Source: Octopus vulgaris (lineage: Eukaryota). From it: a DNA stretch of 64,000 bases. The stretch is taken from assembly GCA_951406725.2 (NCBI GenBank), contig OX597815.1, positions 32,302,001 to 32,366,000 of the forward strand, in the 5' to 3' direction. The notes under the pieces were generated by a model that was not told the origin of the DNA, searched no databases, and was given only the letters and a program-made list of their open reading frames with translations. The position numbers were made by a program, and so were the translations under genes. The stretch's first letter is position 1. The number at the start of each line of letters is the position of its first letter. This document shows positions 12,559-24,151 of this stretch, in pieces.

Positions 12559-12945
12559 GTATGTTTTCAAGTATTTTTTCTTTCCTCTTAATAAACTATA
12601 TATAAGCTTTTTTTATATTGTAGTCTCACAGAAATAGAACATGGATTAAGAAGAAATAAATATACACACACATATCCATATGTATTTGGTCTTTCTGAAA
12701 AATTAAAACTTAAGCAGATCTTTTTTCTTAATAAATTGAGATGAGGGTCAAATTGACTAATTTCATTCTTACACAACAAACTGAGATGCTGAAAGTTGGA
12801 CTTTTCATTTAGAAGGGTCAGAACAGAACCACTTGAATATTTAACCTCCCACTAAATGTTAAAAGTTATCATCCATCCTGCTTGCGTAAGGAATTATAGG
12901 AATTATACTTTGTGTGTGTGTGTGTGTGTTTGTAAGTGTGTATGT

Positions 12946-12992
<47 letters not shown>

Positions 12993-13181
12993 TAAGATAC
13001 ATATATAGGGTAGTGAATATTCGTTAGAAATATCACCACCAGTGGCCTAGCATGTATAAATAGTCAATAGGCAACATAATCTTATTTTAAAATAGTGTAC
13101 ATTTAAATACAAGAGAAAACTATCCTTTAACAGGTAATTTTTACATGCTACATGAAGCAGCCATATATATATATATATATG

Positions 13182-13218
<37 letters not shown>

Positions 13219-13825
13219 CATCATCACCACCATCTTAATGTCCACTTTTCCATGCTCACATGGAGCAAATGGAATTTACTTATTGAGGCAAATTTTCAAT
13301 GGCTAGATATGCTTCCTGATGCCAGCCCCTGTCTGTTTCCAAGCCAGATAATATTTCCTGATCACAAGACATGTTCTTGTAGAATATTGGAAATGAATGA
13401 TTCAACTTGTGTGACAGAGACAATCATTTACTACTATCATACTATGTCAAGACAAAGACACACACATACAATAGGCTTTTTTCAGTTTCCACCTCCTAAA
13501 TCTCCTAAGAATTTGGTCAGCCAAGGGCTTTTGTAGAAAACACTTGCCAAATGTGTCATGCAGTGGGACTGAACCTGGAACCATGTGGTTGGGAAGCAAA
13601 CTTCTTATTGTACAGCCACATCTCAACTATTATAAAAATTAACAGTCTGGTTCATATAGCATAATTGAATATTTTATTAAATGAAACAAATTCAAATGTC
13701 AAACAGTTAAAGGATAAATTATTCTGCCTACCATGGTATTTGAAACTGCACCCTAACTTTTTGAATTTATGATTTTTAAATGAGGAATTTTAATAACCTT
13801 GAGAGTATGCCCTGGCATATTGCCA

Positions 13826-13938
<113 letters not shown>

Positions 13939-14813
13939 AGTAGGGTAGTCATGTATTTTCTTTACAGTAAGACACCTGTTTCTGTCTCTCAATCATAGTT
14001 TCACCTCTCAATACCTGACACAAAGCCACCTGCCTTGATACTAATTCCTCTCTCAGTTGAGTCATCATTGTCTTGCAGGTTACTAGGTGGTCTCACCAGT
14101 ACTAATGCCATGTAAAAAGCACCCAGTACACTCTATAAAGTGGTTGGCATTAGAAAGGGGCACCCAGCTGTAGAAGATGACTGTAGAGCTTGGTGCAGTC
14201 TTCTGACTTGCCAACTGCTGTCAAATCCTCAAACCCAATCAATACAGAAAACAGACATCAAATGATGATGATAATGATGATGATGACGATGATGATGATG
14301 AAGACAGTATTTTACTCTATATACTGTCTATAGTGTGTCTTAAAGAGATAAAAGGTGCCAAGTACTGTGTGTGTGAAATAGAGAATTAGTGTGATAGAGA
14401 GCGAAGGAGAAGGCTTACCAATCTGTTACAACTATCATTCTTTAGATCACCTCTTTTCTTAAATCCCCCCAGAAGGGCCTTGAATCTAGTTTTTTTTTTC
14501 CTTCATGTATTCCAAAATGGTTCTAAATTTGTGTGCAAATTTTGGAAAGCATTTATATAGTGCCTGTAATGATATACACTTGAGTGGGTCCAGGGTTTAA
14601 CTCAATATCTGATCATAGTAACAGGACTCTCATAAATTGGTAGATATAACTTGATGGTAAGGTGGGGAGAGGGTAAGGTTTAACTGACCATCTAATCACA
14701 GCAGCACGAATCTCAGAAAATTGAATGATGAAGGTTAAGTCTGTGTAAGGGGGCAGAATGACAAGGTCAGGTATGCAATTTCAGTAATGACCTTATTAAT
14801 GATCACCATGTGT

Positions 14814-15147
14814 AAGGTGCGTGGCTCAGTGGTTAGAGCGTCGAGCTTACGATCATGAGGTTGTGAGCTCGAATCCCGGACCGGGCTGCATGTTGTGTTC
14901 TTGAGCAAGACACTTTATTTTACGTTGCTCCAGTTCACTCAGCTGTAGAAATGAGTTGCGACGTCACAGGTGCCAAGCTGTATCGGCTCTTGCCTTTCCC
15001 TTGGACAACATCGGTGACGTGGAGAGGGGAGGCCAGTATGCATGGGCAACTGCTGGTCTTCCATAAAAATAACCTTGCCCAGACTTGTACCTCAGAGGGT
15101 AACTCTCTAGGTGCAAACCCATGGTCAGTGTCTGACCGAAGGGGGTC
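14814..15147 (+). mobile_element. tRNA-derived SINE family C
   Basis: TGGCTCAGTGGTTAGAGCG...TCGAATCCCGG tRNA-like head and CTTGAGCAAGACACTT...CAGTTCACTCAGCTG core. Second copy at ~25220-25495. Confidence 0.8.
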
Positions 15148-15396
15148 ACTCTCTAATGATCACCCTTATCATCACCATTATCATCCTCATTGGTATAACA
15201 ATGTTTGCATCATCATCATCATTTTCATCATCATCAGCAGCAGCACCACCATTATTACATTTATTGTCATTATCATTACTGACATCATGAATGCCAGTTT
15301 CAGCATCATCATCATAACTATCATCATCGCCACCACTACAAACATCATCATCCAGTACAAGTTGAAATCAATTCTGAAATTCTCCCATTTTTACAG

Positions 15397-15512
15397 AGAA
15401 CTGCCCCAACTTGAAGAACATTAATGTTCAGGTAAAGATGCAAGACTATTTCAGTGATAGTGAAAACAGCAAGTTTAAACAGCAATACAGATTTATCCTC
15501 ATAAAATTAAAA
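15397..15512 (+). CDS. FBXO41: FBXO41-like exon (KNCPNLKNINVQVKMQDYFSDSENSKFKQQYRFILIKLK)
   Basis: ttttacag acceptor, gtaagt donor, phase 1/0. Resembles FBXO41 CRNLKSIVVQIGIADYF...KL. Confidence 0.82.
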
Positions 15513-16276
15513 GTAAGTCCATAAACATTTCTTTGCTTATTTAAAAGAGGGCAGATATGGCTGGTTTATTATTTTTCGGGACTAGTTTGGATTTTTTTTT
15601 TTGTTTTTTGAACAAATGAAGAATGGTGGATATTATTATTATTTTTTATCCTGGTTTGATTTGAACATGAAAATGTTGGGCTTATAGCAAGCTAGTTATT
15701 ACAGGACAAAGCAGTCAACAGTAAAAAGCTTACTTCTACTGATGACAGCTATGAACTAGAAGTGTTTAGAGTTGTCTCCCTTACTTGCTCAGCTAGTAAG
15801 GGTAGTTGTTCTTTAATATATTTTCCTAATAATTGTATTTAACTCTGCTATGGTCATTAGCAATATCAGTTTCAAATTTTGGCACAAAGCCAGCAATTTC
15901 AGGTGAGTCTGGTAAGTTGATTACATCGACCCCAGTGTTCAACTGGTTCTTATTTTATCAACCCAAAAGGATGAAAGGTAAAATCAACCTCAGTAGCATT
16001 TGAACCCAAAACACTCAGATGGATGGAATGCCATTAAACATTTTTTCAGGCATGGTAACAGTTCTGCCAACTCACTGCCTTGTGGTCAGTAGTAATATTG
16101 AAAGCATTTTAATACCTTCTGTAAGTGAGTTATTAATTCCTCTCATTTCTTGACTCAGCTACAGGGTCAACAAGCTAGTCCAAAGACTATTTTTTCACTG
16201 ACGACAGGTAAGCATCAAGAAACGTTCTATGTTGTCTCCCTTGCAGGCTGGCCTGAGAATAATCTAATAATGTTAA

Positions 16277-16756
16277 CTCTCCTCCTCCTCCTCTTCCTCT
16301 TCCTCTTCCTCTTCCTCCCTCCTCTTCCCCCTCTTCCTCTTTCACTTTCTCTTTCTCTTCTTCCCCCTTTCCTCTTTCTCTTCCTCCCCTCTTCCTTTTT
16401 TACTTTCTCTTCCTCCCCCTTCTTCCCCTCTTCCTTTTCCTCTTTCTCTTCCTCCTTCTCCTCTTTCTCTTCCCCTCTTCCTCTCCCTCTTCCTCTCCCT
16501 CTTCCTCCCCCTCTTCCCCTTTTACTTTCTCTTCCTCCCCTCTTCCCCCCTCTTCCTCTTTTACTTTCTCTTCCTCTTCCTCTTTCTCTCCCCCTTTCTC
16601 TTCCTCTTTCTCTCCCCCTTTCTCTTCCTCTTCCTCTTTCTCTTCCTCCCCTCTTCCTCTTTCTCTTCCTCCTTCTCTTTCTCTTCCCCCTCTTCCTCTC
16701 CCTCTTTCCTCTCCCTCTTCCTCCCCCTCTTCTTTCTCCTTCTCTTCTTCCTCTTC
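16277..16756. repeat. ~480-bp polypyrimidine (CTCTTC-type) low-complexity tract
   Basis: Almost exclusively C/T on the + strand. Confidence 0.95.
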
Positions 16757-18771
16757 GAAATAATTAAAGCTGCGTTTTTGTGTGATCTCTAATCCAGATT
16801 TCTAACTCTTATAACATCTTGCCTGTTCCCAGCTCTAGTTATGGTGGTTGAAGGAATAGGTGTTATGTGTTAGATTTAAAGCTGACAAGAAATGAGATTG
16901 TGTGACATTCATATCTTTCTTAACTACTTACTCAATAACATTTCCTTCCTCTTCACATAATTATTGTTTCACAGTGTGTTTTTTTGTTTTTTTTTTGTTG
17001 ATGATTTCTGACACATGCACAAACCTACATACTTCAGGTGGTGGAAAATATTCTATTATACCAACTACAGATGGATGATAGGCAAGGAAAAACAAAATAC
17101 CACAAACAACTTGTCTATCACTCCACTGTCCCTTTTATATCATAATAAATTCTTTTTTCTAATTTTGGCACATGGCCAGCAATTTTTAAAGCAGAGGTGA
17201 TGCATTTACCTCAACAATGAACGGCTGAGAGGTAAAGTCAACCTTGGTGAAACTGGAACACAGAACATAATGAGTCGGAAAAATGCCATTAAGCATTTGG
17301 TTTGATATGTTAAAGATTCTATCAGCTTGTTGCCTTATTTTGTATTTTGATAATAAGAAAAAAACATGTTAACCTTCACATGACCTTATTTCTAACGAAA
17401 TGCATTGCTTTTACATTTCTGTTAAAATTTCACTTAATAATGAAATTTCTGGTAAGATTTAATATATTAACTAACTTTTTTTAGTATTAAACTTGTGTTT
17501 TGAACATATTGTACTTAAATTCAGGAGAGAGAAGCTTCTAATTTCAGTCTGAAAGTTTAAAACAAAATATTTTGTTTTGCAGAACCAGAGTTGGCCTTAG
17601 GTGATTTATATCAAAAAGCTTAAATATTGCTAAGACCAACTTTCAAAGATGGCTGCAGTCTACTTTTTTACTTTTCTTTTTATTTATTTATTTTTTTGTT
17701 TTTGTTTTTGTTTTTTGTTAATCTCGTGAACATTTTAAATTAGTCGTAAGTTTAAATAACAATCTCATATTCTTATGCTAGTAGCTTAATTCAGATAATA
17801 AATACAGACTATTTGTCACAAAAGGAAAGCTGAACAATTGTTTTTAGAATTTAGATTTAATGGAAGGAAAATATAACTTTGTAGATTACTTAAATACCTC
17901 AAGGAGGAATTGTTCATGTCAGAAAAATTTAATTTAGAAAAAACAATTTAGATGTTTTGTCTATAAAATTTAGTGGTGAATCCTTCGGTCATTGTCATAC
18001 AATGACACAGAAGCAAACATATATATTCTTCACCTTCAGACTATTGTTTGAAAATGTGACCACTTATTTTGAATTTTCTAATAGATCTCAACAATTTATC
18101 TCAATCTATCACAGATACATATTTTATTTTATTGACTGGTTAATGTCCCCCACCCCACCCACCACCGTTCCCTCCTCCTGAAAAGCATCCTGTTCCATGA
18201 AATGTAAGCCGAAGCCAATGTTCTTCTCCTTGGCAACTGTCCACTGTCTTTTATGAGATTAAAATAGAAATAGATTGCTATACTGAAAGTGGACAGAAAA
18301 TTAATTTTTACTTTATTATCAGAAAATAATTTTTTGGACAGAAAATTAATTTTTACTTTATTATCATTTTACAAAATGAATGAAAATTAATCCTGCCATG
18401 AAAACAAGTTACAAAAAGAAAAAGAAAATATAAAATAAGTTTATTAATAAAGGCAAATCACCAATTAATCTTGTCACCGTGGGTAGCAGAACATCTGCTT
18501 CATCTTCTAACAGTCATTTGTCTAAATGAAACACACATATAGACATCTGTATAATCTTAGATTTAACTATTTATATGGAGGATGTAATCTTACTTGAGAC
18601 ATGCTGGGGTTTTTCGCTTTTGTTGGGGTTTTTCTTTTTTTTTTTTGCCAGAGCAGTGATTAGTTAATATGGAGGGAGGTATTGAACAGATGTAATAACC
18701 ATCATCATCATTTTAGCATCTGCTTTCCATGCTAGCATAGGTTAGACGGTTTGACTGAAACTGGTAAGCTG

Positions 18772-19072
18772 TGGAGGCACATGGCCTAGTGGTTAGAGCA
18801 GCGGACTCGTGGTCGAGGGATCACGGGTTCGAATCTCAGACCAGGCGATGTGTGTGTTTATGAGTGAAACCCTTAAGTTCCACACAGCTCCGGCAGAAGA
18901 TAATGGCAAACTTCTGCTGACTCTTTCGCCACAACTTTCTCTCACTCTTTCCTCCAGCATCTTGCAGCTCACCTGCGATGGACCAGTGTCCCGTCCAGGT
19001 GGGGAACCTATACACCAAGGAAACCGGCCCTTATGAGCTAGGCATTGCTCAAGAAGGAACAAAACAAAAAAA
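18772..19072 (+). mobile_element. tRNA-derived SINE family D (V-domain-like) nested in an RTE 3' fragment, 14-bp TSD
   Basis: tRNA-like head, CCTGCGATGGAC..TCCCGTCCAGG..GAAACCGG domain, A-rich tail. TSD AAACTGGTAAGCTG at 18758-18771 and 19073-19086. A related head lies at ~29803-30088. Confidence 0.85.
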
Positions 19073-19933
19073 AAACTGGTAAGCTGGAGAGCTGTACCAT
19101 GTTCCAGTCTGGTTTGGCATAGTTTCTATGGCTGGATACTCTTCCTAACACCAATCACTCCAAGCGTGTAATAGGTACTTTCTACATATCAGTGGCACAG
19201 GTGCCATTTTGTGACACCGGCAGCAGCCACAACTATGATTTCACTTGGTTTGACGAGTCTTCTGAAGTACAAAGAGTAAAAAAGGGTCATAATCTTCTGG
19301 TAAGTGCATTGACACATTTACCAGTAATTGCATGAGCTAATGACAGTGCCTCTTCCAGGTCATTCAACCTGCTAGATATAGTAACCAAATATTCCTTAAA
19401 TTGCATCCTGCTACCTTTAAAAAAAAACTAAATGGTGGAGCCTGGAGTATAGTACCCCAGAAAGATGCAAGGTGGTTATGGTTGGAACGTCAAAGTTGAA
19501 CTTGACGAGGACTAATTTGGGGCAATCAAAATTGGCAATAACAAGTTATTTCATAATTTTTCAATCAGAAATAAAAGCTTCCTAAGAGAATAATTTTTCA
19601 TTTTCCTTACATCATCATCATCATCATTTGATATCTGTTTTCTATCTAATATCTCAGGTTACAATAGATACAAATATATATGTTTTTGCGTTGTGTGTAT
19701 GTGCGTATTATACACATGTGCACACACACACACACACACATCTCTTTCTCTCTCTCTCCCTCTTATTTATATATATAAATTCATTCATGGAGTGGTTAGC
19801 ATTAGGAAGGGCATCCAGCTGTAGAAACACTGCCAGATCAGACTCGAGCCTGGTGCAGCCTCCTGGCGTCCCAGACCCTGGTCGAATCATCCAACCCATG
19901 CTAGCATGGTTAACGGACGTTAAACGATGATGA

Positions 19934-19970
<37 letters not shown>

Positions 19971-19978
19971 TATATATA

Positions 19979-20349
19979 TAATTTATAAAAATATGGTAAA
20001 GTAAAAGAATTCACTTTACCACACACCGAACTTTTCCGAAATAGCAGCCAAAAACTTGGCTATTTCTTCAACTGCAAATAAAAGTCTCCAGACAATGTAT
20101 ACTCAGAAAAATAACTCACATAGGAATAAGGGAAAAACAATGAAAGATCACATCCATATACGATACCCGAATGGATGTGATCTTTCATTGTTTTTCCCTT
20201 ATTCCTATGTGAGTTATTTTTCTGAGTATACATTGTCTGGAGACTTTTATTTGCAGTTGAAGAAATAGCCAAGTTTTTGGCTGCTATTTCGGAAAAGTTC
20301 GGTGTGTGGTAAAGTGAATTCTTTTACTTTACCATATTTTTATAAATTA
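19979..20349. repeat. apparently perfect palindrome (179-bp arms, 13-nt spacer) inside (TA)n
   Basis: 19979-20157 is the reverse complement of 20171-20349. The two mirror-image ORFs in the track confirm it. Confidence 0.97.
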
Positions 20350-20436
20350 ATACTTCAAATATACCGTAAATGGTCTTTACATACCGAATACTGCTTGGTC
20401 GAATTTATTAATAATTAATTGATTCGACCCCCATTT

Positions 20437-20481
<45 letters not shown>

Positions 20482-21593
20482 CAGATAGTGTGTGTACATG
20501 TGTAATTTATTTCAAATTATGTATTATGTTTTGTTAAGTGGTATGCCTTGCAACCAGAGGGCTCCAAATTCAATCCATTCATTGTACATTACTCACAATG
20601 TGTTAGTGTGTCTAAGGCAACAGTAAAACATTAAAACTTTGTGAGTGGAATCTTGTAAAAAAACAAAACTACTGCGGAATAGATAAATTTGCCCTGTTTA
20701 TGAGTCTACTACATAGATTGACAGGTCAGTAGTATTAAATACAGTTAAATATTTATAGCATGCAAATTAGTAAACCCAGTTCTCTAGAGCCAGTGGATCT
20801 GTTGTGTGTATAAACTGATTGGCTAGTTGTTTCACTGGGATTGGTCAAACAATGTGGACACTTCTGATGAGAACCCAGTAAGGCTTGGAAATCAATTAAG
20901 GCTGTTTATCAGTTTTTTTCAGTCTATGGAGAAATAGTGAAATTTGACATTTGTATGTCTAATACACAAAGAATATATAATAAACCTTTACATAAATAAA
21001 TAACGTGAAATACACGAAGGGAAGAACATAAGAGACAGACGGGTCATTCAAAGCCTTTGTTCTTCAGTCAGAAACCGATTCCTCATCGCAGATTTCGGCT
21101 GTTTAATTCTGAGATCCGCTCTGAATCGACCAGCCCCAGAAGGAAAGAATGCAACGCAACAGAGACGAACATGAAACGAAAAAAACTTTTTTGAAGACAG
21201 TAACGGTTAAAATCATGGATGACACAGGCGCCCTACAGCTTTGAGACAAAAGGAGACACAAAAACAATATCAGCAAGCGTGGAAAAATAATTACCTTTTC
21301 GGTGAGGAGACACATGTTGAACATCATTATCTTCATTTAACATCCACCTTCCATGCTAAACAATGATGATATATATTCTTTGTGTATTAGACATACAAAC
21401 AGAGATGGGCCGAGCCATCAGTCAATTGGGCACTGCCCAAGGGCCCAGAGCTCTGAGGGGCTCACACTCTATATGTTAACTCTACTGAAATCAATGCTAA
21501 GGGATCTGGTAAACAGTTATGCCCGAGGGCTCTTAATAGTCTCAGTCTGCCCCTGCATACAAATAAAAAATTTGACTATTTCCCCATTGAATG

Positions 21594-21639
<46 letters not shown>

Positions 21640-21671
21640 GATATGAATTAGGAGCTTGAGGTATGTAAAAA

Positions 21672-21915
21672 AAATTCGAACACATGTACACAAGATGGGT
21701 ATGTTGTTAGTTTATGGGCCAGTTGCGTTTTTAGGAGTAAGAGAATATATTCCCAATGCAGAAAAGGTACCTGATGTGAGTTGTCTCACTGACCTATGAC
21801 TTACTTTCAGGTGTTTTAATACCAGGTGCATTGAGAATATATTCTCTTATGCCTAAAAACACAGCTGACCCATGAGCTAACAACACACACACCTTATGTA
21901 TGTGTGTTTGAATTT
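21672..21915. repeat. degenerate inverted repeat (~89-bp arms) between (TA)n tracts
   Basis: 21672-21760 pairs with 21827-21915, e.g. TAAGAGAATATATTCCCAATGCA / TGCATTGAGAATATATTCTCTTA. Confidence 0.85.
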
Positions 21916-22809
21916 GTTTATCTATATATATCGTCGTCATCATCATCATTTACTGTCCGTTTTCCATGCTGGCATGGGTTGGACAGTTTGACTGAGGTCT
22001 GGACGGTTTGACTGAGATCTGGAAGGCTCTGATCTGATCTGGCAATGTTTCTACAGCTGAATGCCCTTCCTAATGCCAACCACTCCGAGAGTGTAGTGAG
22101 TGCTTTTTACATGCCACCAGCATGGGAGCCAGTTAGGCGGGCCTAGCATCAATTATGTTCGGATAGTGCTTTTTACATGCTACCAGCACGGGAGGTAGTC
22201 AGGGGGCACTGGCATTGGGCACATTCAAGTGATGCATTTTACGTGCCATATATATATAAAATGCTTTATGCATTCTAAAATACTTTATACATTCTTAATT
22301 CTATGCTGGTGCCATGTGAAAAGTACTAGTGCCAGTGTCACATAAAATAGCGCCCAGTACATACTGTAAAGTGGTTGGCATTAGGAGGAGCATCAAGCCA
22401 TAGAAACCATACCAAAGAGAGAGAACTGGAGCCTGGCATAGCTCCTATTAAACTGTCCAACCCATGCCAGCATGGAAAACAGATGGTAAATGAAGATGAT
22501 GATGATGATAATATGTATGATGATATGTGTGTATATATATATATATACAAAAATCAAATGGAAATTGTAGTTATGATACCTGTGCCAGTGGCACGTAAAA
22601 AGCATCAACCAATCGTGGCCGTTTCCAGCCTCCCTTGGCATGTACAAAAGCACCCACTACACTCACGGAGTGGTTGGCATTATGAAGGGCATCCAGCTGT
22701 AGAAACACTGCCAGATCAGACTGAGCCTGGTGCAGCCTCCTGGCTTCTCAGACCCCGATCAAACTGTCCAACCCTAGCATGGAAAGCGGACGTTAAACGA
22801 TGATGATGA

Positions 22810-22857
<48 letters not shown>

Positions 22858-22960
22858 TTCAGGGTGAATACTTGATAAATGTAAGCACCTGTATATGCCA
22901 GCTAGTGGCATAGGTGATAGGATATATGTATCAAATGAAAAACAGAATGCAAAGGATTTT

Positions 22961-23053
22961 GCAGTACATATGTTTCAGGCTGTATTGAACAACTTATTCT
23001 TATATCAATGCATAATTGATATAACAGATAGATCAAAAGCCTTCTTCAGCCGC
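22961..23053 (-). ncRNA. type-I hammerhead ribozyme with long stem II (homologue of 5565-5655)
   Basis: Minus strand reads GCGG-CTGAAGA-AGGCT...TTATATCAAT-TATGC-ATTGATATAA...AGCCT-GAAA-CATATG-TA|CTGC. Confidence 0.8.
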
Positions 23054-23166
23054 GTACAATTATCACACCAAAGACATGTATCACATTATAACAGGTTTGA
23101 GAAAAAACCGAGTTTCATTGGGAAAGTAAATCCTCATAGGCGTACATGGTATTGCTAGACATATAC

Positions 23167-23224
<58 letters not shown>

Positions 23225-23945
23225 TGCACAACATTAGGTTTATATTAATAAATATAAATGTAGATATTGTCACATGCTCACATATGTGCTTGAAGCACAG
23301 GCATAGCTGAGTGGTCAAGCAGTTTGTTTTGCAATTAAATGGTATTGGATCCTGTTCCTTGCATAGCATCTTGGGCGAGTGTCTTTTACTACTGACTCAG
23401 GCCAACTCATGCTTTCTGGGTGAAATTTGGTTGATGGAAAATGTACAGAAAACTGCCTGGTGCAGGCATGATCATGTGGGTAAAAGGCTTGCTTTGAAAC
23501 CACATGGTTTCAGGTTCAGTCCCACTGTGTGGCACCTAGGACAAGTGTCTTCTGCTATAGCTGAAGGTCAACCAATACTTTGTGGGTGAATTTAGCAGGT
23601 GGAAACTGTGTGTAAGCCCATCATATGTTTAGATATATGTGTGTATAGATGCGTGTGTGAGTCTTCATGTTTGTTGTTTGTCCCCTTCATTATTTGACAA
23701 TTGGGATTGGTTTATTTATGTTCCCCTTGAGTTAGCAGTTCGGCAAAAGAGAGGATAGTAAGTATCAAACTAAAAAATTAATACTGGGGTCAATCTGTTC
23801 AACTAAACCTTTCAGGGTGGTGCCCCAGTATGGCCACAGTCCAGTGATTGAAACAAGTAAGAGATAAAGATATAATGACGGTGATGACGATATATGTTAG
23901 TCTATAATTAATAACAACAGAAATAGTATTAATACCAAAAAGTAA

Positions 23946-24151
23946 TATTTATCCCCACTTAAAAGTGAATGTTGTGTTAGAACACAGAATACTGCATTAT
24001 TTACCACGAGAGAACCTCTCATATGGACTTGTGGTGCATGTCAACAGGAACGCTTATACGCACCAAAAGTCCATATGAGAGGTTCTCTCGTGGTAAATAA
24101 TGCAGTATTCTGTGTTCTAACACAACATCCACTTTCAAGCGGAGGTAAATA
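23946..24151. repeat. inverted repeat (~92-bp arms, 22-nt spacer)
   Basis: 23946-24037 pairs with 24060-24151. A single-arm homologue lies at ~30236-30312. Confidence 0.93.

Noticed and set aside
14817-14890. tRNA-like sequences here and at 18772 and 29803
   Set aside because: They are SINE heads followed by SINE bodies and lack a closed acceptor stem; not tRNA genes.
16150-16767. 205-aa Pro/Leu/Ser ORF
   Set aside because: Translation of a polypyrimidine tract.
18290-18366. 32-bp direct duplication (similar 25-bp duplication at 10087-10137)
   Set aside because: Ordinary slippage-type local duplications.
20056-20272. Two nearly identical 70-aa ORFs on opposite strands
   Set aside because: A consequence of the palindrome; no coding evidence.
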